This document shows positions 26,852-38,211 of a DNA stretch of 38,211 bases, piece by piece; the first letter of the stretch is position 1; each line of letters opens with the position of its first letter. Under the pieces are notes generated by a model, which searched no databases, had not been told where the DNA came from, and saw only the letters and a list, made by a program, of their open reading frames with translations. The DNA is from Amoebidium appalachense (lineage: Eukaryota > Protista > Ichthyosporea), in the NCBI GenBank assembly GCA_963693365.1, contig CAVNZM010000003.1, positions 8,964,308-9,002,518 of the forward strand, given 5' to 3'. Both the position numbers and the translations under genes were made by a program.

Positions 26852-28654
26852 ATGTTAAAGCTTTTCTTGGCCGGGGCGGCCCTATTGGGGTTCGTCAACA
26901 AGGTGTCCGGGCAAACATGCACCAACGGCGCCAGCATCGCCATCGATGGGGGCTCCTCGTGTATCTGCGACTCTGGCCGCGTTTCTGGTGACTGCGGTAC
27001 CCTTGGTGCCTGTGTTAGCAGCGCGGACCCTAACCAGCCTCAACTTACGGTCGACACCAACCTGACGGTGATTCAGCCGTGGGTCGACGACGCTGACTAT
27101 TCGCTGGTCGTCACAATGACTGGCGGCGCGAAGAGAAACCGCCGCTTCACGTCATTTGCACTCAAGAACTGCGCGTCGTCGCGTTTCATGGCCCTCAGCA
27201 CCATCACCAACGCTAGCAATGTTGCGGACGCGGCAAACTGCAAGGATGATATTCAGATGAAAATTGACGTTAACCTTCTTGAGGCTGGCTGCGGTTTTAC
27301 CGTTGGCCCCGCATTTGACGAGGGTGGTGTTTGGTACCGCTTCTACAACGGCTCACTCGACGTGACTTACACCGAGCCGGTGACTCTTGGTTCCGTCAAC
27401 GAAGCCAGCGACACTCGTACCGTTTCCACCACCCTCCCTGTGAACTTCAAGCTTCAGGTCCTCTTCAACGCAACGGTGACCACGGACATCAACGTAACCT
27501 CCAAGTTCAACATTACTGCGGCCGTCACTCAACAAATTGTGCTCCGCCCTGACCAGGCACAGAGCACACTCAACCTCACATATGCCATCCACTGGCCCTA
27601 CGACGTGTCTCAGTACAAGACCGTGCTCACCCCTGCAGCCGGGGCCTCTGTCTCTGCCGCCAACGCTGTTTCCGTCACCGGCCCATCGGCTACCAGCGGC
27701 GCAAATACGCTCGCAGACCGTTGCCGTAATGGGACCGCAAACGACTACCTCTACCCTGGAGGCCAAGGAATCTGCCGCAAGACGATGCAAATTACCTTCC
27801 TCCACGCAGTCAGCGACACTCCCCGCGTGTGCGAGCTCGACGGTACCTACACTCTTGAGAACGTTGTGGTGACTTGCTCTCCCGACATCGCCGCCGAGGA
27901 TTGCCCCCTGCAGACCCCCGACACAGGCACTACTATTGCCATGACCCTCAACTCCGATAACTTCTGCCAGACTGGTGGTGCTCTGTACAGCATCAACAAC
28001 ATCATTAAGGTGATTCGCTTCATTGCCCCCACCGGCACCACAGACGCTCTGCGCAAGGCCTACACCACCCACCAACGCGCTTGGGAATGGAACCGCCCCA
28101 CATACTTCCGCATCGATCTTCAGGGTCCCCGCGTTTCTTCTGTTCTTCTTCAGAAGTGGGAGGTGAGCACCGATGGTGGCGCATGGGCCGACAAGACCAC
28201 CAACAACGGGCTGGCGGTGAACGGTACCCTTTCCACTACTTTCCAACAAGACGTCACCGGGAGCACCGTCGGTCTTCGCGACGATGTGCCGACGGGTAGC
28301 CCGCAGGTCACACAGACTTATTGGCTGCAGCAGGTCATGACTAGCGAAGTCCTCCCGGATCCCGGCCCAGGCCTCATCACCCGTCTGTCTTTCCGTTGCA
28401 CCTTTGAGGTTTATTATGATGCTCAGGCACGCCGCCGTCGCGCTGTTGTCGTTTCCGAGACCGAAAACAAGGTGTATCGCCGTGCTACGGAGTCTGGGTC
28501 CGCTACTGTGCGCACTTCTGGTTCCGTTTATGGGCAGGCTGCATCGGGTGGCGATGCTTCTACGCAGCTTACGGGTACAAGCGCGGCTAGCAAGAGTGTT
28601 GTTGCTTCACCGGTGGTGGCGTTTGTTGCTTTCGTTGCTATGTTGATGCAGTGA
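26852..28654 (+). CDS. Intronless secreted, probably GPI-anchored Cys/Thr-rich protein (600 aa), EGF-like plus ZP-module-like
   Basis: Long clean ORF with C/G-ending codon bias; ATG 26852 in AAAATG context starts a signal peptide MLKLFLAGAALLGFVNKVSG; EGF-like CTNG...CICDSGRVSGDC; many N-x-S/T sequons; RRRR at 28430-28441; S/T/G spacer and hydrophobic C-terminus SAASKSVVASPVVAFVAFVAMLMQ with no cytoplasmic tail. The ZP assignment is inference. Confidence 0.9.
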   Translation: MLKLFLAGAALLGFVNKVSGQTCTNGASIAIDGGSSCICDSGRVSGDCGTLGACVSSADPNQPQLTVDTNLTVIQPWVDDADYSLVVTMTGGAKRNRRFTSFALKNCASSRFMALSTITNASNVADAANCKDDIQMKIDVNLLEAGCGFTVGPAFDEGGVWYRFYNGSLDVTYTEPVTLGSVNEASDTRTVSTTLPVNFKLQVLFNATVTTDINVTSKFNITAAVTQQIVLRPDQAQSTLNLTYAIHWPYDVSQYKTVLTPAAGASVSAANAVSVTGPSATSGANTLADRCRNGTANDYLYPGGQGICRKTMQITFLHAVSDTPRVCELDGTYTLENVVVTCSPDIAAEDCPLQTPDTGTTIAMTLNSDNFCQTGGALYSINNIIKVIRFIAPTGTTDALRKAYTTHQRAWEWNRPTYFRIDLQGPRVSSVLLQKWEVSTDGGAWADKTTNNGLAVNGTLSTTFQQDVTGSTVGLRDDVPTGSPQVTQTYWLQQVMTSEVLPDPGPGLITRLSFRCTFEVYYDAQARRRRAVVVSETENKVYRRATESGSATVRTSGSVYGQAASGGDASTQLTGTSAASKSVVASPVVAFVAFVAMLMQ

Positions 28655-29540
28655 ACTCGTTAAACTTGAAATCTTTTAAATTAAATTTTAAATGTGTTTT
28701 TATGCGACATGTATACATTTATGTGGTTGGTCTTTTTTATGTAATCATGTATACTGGTTTTGCCGTTCGTGCATTCTAACAATGATATGCCTTTTGGGTT
28801 GATAGTGTGAGCATTATGAATTTTTCGGTAAGCTTGTACACAATAGTTTTGTAAAGCTAAGAAGTATACTGCTCGGAAGTTGGGTTCTAAGCAGCTGTAA
28901 GATGCTTTCTCGAAGTCAAGCCGATGTCTGCTCTGTGAGTAGCATGTTTCTTTAAGTTACTGGGCCTTTCACGAAGGACAGGGGAGCTTAAAGCTCACAA
29001 GAAACTGAGCTAAAAGCTGGTTTTATGAAGCAAATAAAGCCCAGGGGAAAAAAAATATACTTGGGAACAAGTGTTTGCGTGCGCGTGACTTAGAAACTGC
29101 TCGGATTGCCGGAACCAAACAAAGCCCTAAAAACGGGAAACAAATTAAAAGTGCATACATATGTGCAAAGACAGTAGTTTGTACTCACAGTAAAAAGGAT
29201 TTCGTGCAATACATCCCTGACACCAGCCACCTAATGAAAGTGTTGCTTCTCGACCCCTCGATGCGATCCCTTCCCACCCTTCCCATGGTGCACCCACTTT
29301 TACCCGACCTCAGGAAAGTAGATAACACATCGTGGGACATGGACACATGATTATACTTCCGTACAAATTAAGCCACCCCCTTCTCCCCCCCCCCCCCCCC
29401 CCCCTCTCTCTCTCTCTCCTCCCCCCCTCCCCCCCCCCCCACCCTCCCCCCGCCCTCCCCCCGCCCCCCCGCTTGCAGTCTCCCATCCATCAGCACTAAC
29501 AAGGCGCATAACTTAAAATAGTGCCAAACATACACCACAC

Positions 29541-29600
<60 letters not shown>

Positions 29601-29732
29601 ACTCACATACACACACACAGACGACACACAGACAGACAGACAGACACAGACACGCACATCTGCACACACCAAACACCCACCCAAACACACCGGCAAACAC
29701 ACACAGACAGACTAACACATACACACACACAG

Positions 29733-29783
<51 letters not shown>

Positions 29784-30396
29784 TGCGTGCACACCCACAT
29801 GCACACACACGCACGTGCGCATGCACCCACACACGCACACACCCACGCACGCACGCACGGGCACGCACACACGCGTGCGCGCGTGCACACACACACACAC
29901 AGACTCACTCACACTCACACACCCACTGTGTGTGCCCACACTTGCGTTACTTTGCCAACTTTTTTCTTTCGTGTATGTACATGTACAGTGCCGGACGGCC
30001 GGGAGACACGAGGAGGGGAAAGGGGGGGGGGGGGGGGGGGGGGGGGAATCAAACTATCTGATTGGTCGAGGAAAGATGTTAAGGGATAGTTGAAAGTTTG
30101 CGCTTGTACCTTGGTCCCCTTCCTCCCCCCCATGCCCCCTCCTCCCCCCCCCCCCTTTCTCCCCCACCTCCCCTTGCCCCCTCCCCCCCCCCCCCCCCCC
30201 CCCCTCACGTTCTGCACGGGCCTCCCCCCCCCCCCCCCCCAAAACAAAAAAAAAAAAAAAAACAAACCTTAGGTTCATACTGTAATCCCTCTTTCCCCTC
30301 CCCCCTCCCCCTCCTACCCCCCTCCCCCTTCCCTCCATCCCTACTCCCTCCCTCCTCCCTTCCCCCCTCTCCCCCTCTCCCCCTCCTTCAAAAAAA

Positions 30397-32810
<2,414 letters not shown>

Positions 32811-34060
32811 GTATAGCAGTCATTGTTTCAACTATTATTCAGCTTATACATACTAATGTGATAAAACCGTTTTTTTTTTTTTTGTACACACTTAGTCCGG
32901 TGGCGGGACCTGGCGGGACGCAATACTCCTAACATGTTGCCAGGCCTAGGGTGTGACTCATGTAGTTTAGGGGTAGTGCTTGTGTGGAATGTAAAACGAT
33001 GTAGGGGGGTATGAAGGTGCGCTCTGACACATACATATCAATTTAGCTCGAAGATGAAACATCCCTTTATTTTAATATGGTAGATAACTTATAAGCCACG
33101 AAAAAGAGGGGAAAAAAGAAAAAGGAGCCTCCACGCTGGCGCCGCAGCTATATAGTGTACGGTCTGCTAATTTATCAGAGGAATGTGCACGCATTCCACA
33201 AGATGGTGACTCACTGACTCGGCCAGGCGTCTGCAGGAACTAAAAGAAAAGAAGATTTGGAGATTCAGACGCTCTTAAACAATTTTTAACCTTCTATATT
33301 TTCTCACAAAGTATAGGCTTGGCTTTGTTTATTATGTTTTTTTTTTCCGGCTCAGAACTTCACGCGGACAGACATGCACTGATTTGTTCGTCACGCGTTA
33401 GTTACCATTACAAGTTTCAAATGTTCTATGACTAACATCGAGGAAATCATGCGAATGTCTGTCACACATGCAGGTAGCGGAGGAGAAAAAAAGGTCGTGT
33501 TCTGTTATCCTCCATTAAGTATCACGTATATTGAAATGTTTTGATTGCAGGAGTCATTTGAAAGGTATGCACATTGCACAGGTATGCGCATATAATTATG
33601 CGCATGCATATTTGACCAGCGCGAAAGTGTGTTCAAACGTACGGCTCATTCCCAAGACAGCAAGATGCACCACACAAAGGATTGCTTATGCCCTCTGTCT
33701 GACATAACCTCATAGAGTGAGAGTATTACCCATGTTTACGGCACACACGCACAGGCACATGAATGGAACAAAGAGGTGTTATACTCTGAGGTTCGAGAAC
33801 ACAGGCACGGCTTGAAATTTGCATAGTTGTGTGGGTATATACTAAAGAGAAATCATGAGAGCCAACTCACATTTGTGCACTCTTTGCACCACAACTACTA
33901 ACTCAATCTTTAACTGTAGGCTAACCGCTATTGACAACATCTGCATACACAGTGTAAAACTTACTCTCAATAAATGTATGTAAGTGCATACTTTTTGAAA
34001 GAATCTTAGTATGGCACACACTAGGCTTCATTTTTGCCGTGGTCAAAGAGTCAGTTTTTT

Positions 34061-34070
34061 TATATAAATA
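34061..34070 (+). promoter_or_regulatory. Candidate TATA box
   Basis: TATATAAATA about 130 bp upstream of ATG 34192. Confidence 0.4.
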
Positions 34071-34191
34071 AGGTTTGCCATAACTCTAAACAACTCTCCT
34101 AGCAAGACTTCACGACAGTTCAAAATATTTGCATAGCGAAAAAGATTGCCACCAGCACTCGCTATAACAGACTACTGAAAAATCAGCCACC

Positions 34192-35136
34192 ATGTATCTT
34201 TTTTTACTTCTCCCTGTGCTATTGCTTAATAATATGCAATTCACGTATCACGGCCCTTCCTTCAACCCGAACCCCCCAAGCTACCAGCGGAATTTCGCCC
34301 AAAAACCCCCTTCGTGTGAACACTACTTCCCCAAACAAAAACGACAATGTTGTTTCTATCGTAGGGGGGACAAAAACAAGCGGCAAACCGTGGATGGTCT
34401 CCCTTGGCTCTTTCTCTCTAGGAAATGTTTACAACTACTATTGCGGTGGTACTCTCATATCTCCCATTCATGTTCTTACAGCCGCACACTGCGTATATTT
34501 AAGCGAAAACCAATCGATTATTGGCCACACCGTTCTAGTTGGGGGTATGGACTTAAGACAGCTGTCTATCTTTAAGAGATACACAGTCGTTCAAGAGATA
34601 ATGCACCCCACATACAATTTTGTAAGCAACACAAACGATCTGGCCGTACTTACGTTGAACAAGGAGGTAACAAAAAGTGCCTTGGTTAATTATGTTACAC
34701 TGAACCAAGGCCACAGAAACGAACCGCAGGCAAAGCCATTACCACTACGGGCTGGGGATATGTGTCCGAATTTACCCAATATACACCGTTCACCCTTCTC
34801 CAAGTTTCCTTACCCATCTTCAGTACGCCCAAATGCAATTCGGTGTACGCAAGCAGCGCCATCACCATAGACCCCAAATTTCACATTTGCGCGGGGGGTC
34901 AACTCAACTTAGACTCTTGCCAAGGGGATGGTGGGGGACCCCTTGCTTTCAACTCTGGTACAACTGCGATTCAAGTTGGGATCGTGAGCTTCGGAATAGG
35001 ATGCGGGCGGGCGAGGATTCCGGGCGTCTACACGAGAGTTTCGAACTTAGCCTATGTGCCGTGGCTTAAGTCTTTGAGTATTCCAATCCGGACGAATAAC
35101 GTGGTTCCTATTGGCGGGCTGACGCCTAGTCCGTAG
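34192..35136 (+). pseudogene. Intronless trypsin-family (S1A) serine protease homologue, frameshifted, catalytic Ser->Gly
   Basis: IVGG, PWMVSL, YCGGTLISPIHVLTAAHC, HPTYN..NDLAVLTL, TGWG, ICAGG, DSCQGDGGGPL, QVGIVSFGIGCG, PGVYTRVS. Needs -1 in the T7 run 34199-34205 and +1 near 34723-34725 to make one ORF. Confidence 0.88.
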
Positions 35137-35259
35137 ATAATAAAAAATAAAATAAAAATAGTTGGGTGTGTGGTGGTGGTAGAAGGGTGTGGGTGGGAGC
35201 TCGGTTTTTATTTTATTTCATTCAATGTATAGTATTTCATTTTTTTCCATTTTCCCCCC

Positions 35260-35318
<59 letters not shown>

Positions 35319-35323
35319 TTTTT

Positions 35324-35355
<32 letters not shown>

Positions 35356-36065
35356 GAAGGGGGAGGGGGGGGGGGGGGGGGAGTATATAGTCAAGTCAAA
35401 GACGATTTGTTTGGTCTGTCGTATAATGAGATCAAACACTGTCTTGCAACATGACCACACAATTAATGAACTAATATTCGAGCGGATATGAAAACAATAC
35501 GAATGATGTTCTTATATTTAGATAGACAGTTGCGATATTTGTTGCATGTGATAATTCTACCGTGACAAAGTTTAGTCACTAGTAATAACTTTATAGCACG
35601 TGCTTGCAAAACGGCCAGGCTGCATTTATGCCCTAAAGCCGTTTTTCCGGCGGCAACCATAAACTTAGTGTAAACGTTCGCCACAGCTTTTATGTTATTT
35701 GGGCCGTAGCTTGTGAATAACTTAAGGTTCATTCCAAAAGTTTTTGAAATGAGGCACTATAAATGACTGTTGATAAAAAAAGGTACGAGGATATATGTAC
35801 ACTGTTGTGCCCTACTCATGTGGTGTTCGCCCCCCCCCCCCCCCCCCCCCCCCCCCCCCTGCCCCCCATCACCACCACCACCAACATGCCGTCTCTCCCA
35901 ATACACTCAAACACACACACACATAACAACGAAACATACAACATGCCAGCCCTTTCAAAGGGTTGGCTTAGGCGAAATTCCTCGCTCAAAACGCACAGTC
36001 AGCTGCATGGACAAATCTCAGGAGCCTGTATAAGAGCCCCCCCCCCCCCCCCCCCCCCTCCCAAA

Positions 36066-36118
<53 letters not shown>

Positions 36119-36718
36119 CCCCTCCTAACACCACCACCACCGCAAACACAAAAAAAAACCAGAAAGAGAGAAAGAAAGGAAGAGGGGCCCTATAAAACGG
36201 AGCGGGGAGGGGAAGGGGGGGATGGGGAGCGAAAATGGGGAGTGGAGAGGGGGTGTTGTACAAACCTTAAAGGAGGAAGAAAGAAAGAAACAAAGAGAGG
36301 AAATGCGAAAGAAACAGAATTGAGGGAGGAAACAGGAAGAAAAAGCTCAAAGAAAAGTAAATAAGGAAGGAATGACGGAAGGGAGCAACGGAGGAAAAAA
36401 AGACATTGATAAGAAAGAGAGGAAATCCGTGCGGCATCCTCACGCACGTATGTGCATTTGCGTTCAATGATGAAAGGCACTTTATGCCCATTGCCAAGCA
36501 CATCTCACGGCCGAGACACAAGACAACAACTACTAATAGTACAATGTCAAACCCCTCCCCTCCCCCTTCCCCCTCCCTCCCCCGGGACCACCCCCCTCCC
36601 CTACATACCCACACCGTGTGGGCCACATCCACACGCTAGTTATAAGGGTGAAAACAAACTTACAAGGCAGCACCTGAAAAAGACGGTGTAGGAAAAAAAG
36701 TTGTGCAAAAACCTAGTA

Positions 36719-36760
36719 AACAACAACAACAACAACAACAACTTACGACAACAACAACAA

Positions 36761-36796
<36 letters not shown>
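36719..36796 (+). repeat. (CAA)n trinucleotide microsatellite
   Basis: Imperfect CAA run. Confidence 0.9.
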
Positions 36797-37470
36797 GAAA
36801 AGAGAAAAAGGAACGAAAAAAGGAGCCTCGAGCTATCCAGGTGGCTATGTACTGTTCGCACTGACTGGCAGCAATGACGATTGTGTAAAAGAGCAGCAGC
36901 AAATTCTTTACTTAGGCAACTTTAGAGGGGCGGCCATTTGCTCAACCGTGTGTGTCTTTAAGGGCCGTTGGCCATCACCAGCAATTTTCTGCAGAAAGGC
37001 TTCGCATTCCGATTGGTCACAACGGGCTGGCCTCCAACAAATGTGGCTGTATGTGATATTTTGTTTATGGACATGTTCGGGTTGCTTGATTGTGGGATTC
37101 TCTCTTAACCCGCGTTGGGGGGGGGGGGGGGGGGGGGAGGAGGAGGAAAGGGTGCGATGGCTCCGATATAAGGGCATGTCGGGGGCTTCAGAGCTCACTC
37201 AGTGTGCTCGGCTTACTAGGTGTAAGTAGGACTAGCACGTAACTTAGCAAAGCGTGGTCTAGTCAACCCCGTTCATTTACAAATATATTGTTTTGTCACG
37301 GACACACGATCATTTTATACAACACCCGGCTTGCCACTTCAAGTCTTCTCCATTTGTCTTCTCGAGTGGGGAAACTCGACTGTGACGTCACGGCACCTGC
37401 TTCTACAAGTGTGAGAGTATTGACATCAACAGTCACATCAACAAACTTCACGAGACCCAACTTCCAACCC

Positions 37471-37481
37471 TTGAGTGGGGA
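37471..37481 (+). other. Polypurine-tract-like motif directly 5' of LTR copy B
   Basis: TTGAGTGGGGA immediately precedes TGTCA; a near copy CTCGAGTGGGGA lies at 37361. Confidence 0.6.
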
Positions 37482-38023
37482 TGTCATCTTCCCATGATTA
37501 ACGGCAAGACTTAGAAGTTGAGTTATATACATGTAAATTATTAGTTTGTTGTTGTTCGTTTCCTTTTCCCTTTTCCTTTCTTCCTTTCTTTCTTTCCTTT
37601 CTGTTTCCGTTTGCACAGATATCTTTGATCTGTGTACACATCGAGCTATTTGGCCCGCACACACGTATTGTTGTTTGCGTCAATGTCGAAATAAGTTGTC
37701 CAATCAGATCTCGTTATATTTTCCCAAATATAGTAACCTACATTCCTCATTAATTCTATTCGATTCCTTTCCCATTCCATTCCTTTCTATCCTCATTCCT
37801 TTTCCTTCTTTTCCCATGACGTAGAATTGCTCTATGTTCCCCAACTATTAGGAATACTTATATTTAGACGTGTTATGTTAAGAACATGTATAAATATATG
37901 ATGTGTACTAATAGATACATAAGTGGTTTCATTTTGTTAAATGTTTCCGTACTTTTATTAGAATATTACTTTCATTAGAGGATTGCAGCGTTCTATCTTC
38001 TATGTGTCGACAGGCATTTCGAT
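37482..38023 (+). mobile_element. LTR-like repeat, copy B (TGTCA...TCGACA at 37482-38012 plus 11-nt GGCATTTCGAT)
   Basis: TGTC...GACA inverted ends, preceded by a PPT-like motif, colinear with 5028-5547. Confidence 0.78.
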
Positions 38024-38211
38024 CGTCTATGAAAACTACTCCGGGACGTGTGTTGCCTCTAGGGGGACGTCCCCTTGGACGAAAGTGAACGTGCAATGGT
38101 TGTAAACCACGGCAAGCCCCCAGTCAGCAATTTATTGATCCGTGAGGTCCTTGTGCCCAAAAAAACGGGGGAAGTCTTCGCCCCGTGAAAAAACAGCACG
38201 TATGTGTGGAT

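Noticed and set aside
27353-28249. 298-aa antisense ORF
   Set aside because: Shadow of the codon-biased sense ORF; no independent motif.

Overview
Intron-rich eukaryotic genomic DNA (organism not identifiable from the sequence, probably a non-animal or unicellular lineage), saturated with poly-C/poly-G runs and (CA)n/(GT)n/(TC)n microsatellites that generate almost all of the spurious ORFs in the track. From left to right: (1) an internally deleted, non-autonomous P-superfamily DNA transposon with both ends intact (3-3655; perfect 29-bp TIRs, 22-bp subterminal inverted repeats, THAP plus transposase remnants, two spliceosomal introns); (2) a 5'-truncated non-LTR (LINE) reverse-transcriptase remnant interrupted by an LTR-like repeat whose second copy lies at 37.5-38.0 kb; (3) a phase-consistent 19-exon gene (7273-23712, 543 aa) for a Rubisco-LSMT/SETD3-class SET-domain methyltransferase with an internally duplicated substrate-binding-like domain and unusual splice-site context (weak donors followed by C-runs; acceptors formed by pure (CA)n-AG); (4) an intronless ~600-aa secreted, probably GPI-anchored protein with signal-EGF-like-beta domains-RRRR-GPI architecture reminiscent of ZP-module proteins such as uromodulin; (5) an intronless trypsin-family gene with two frameshifts and catalytic Ser replaced by Gly. 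No rRNA, tRNA or CRISPR array was seen. All assignments come from manual reading and motif recall; no searches were run.
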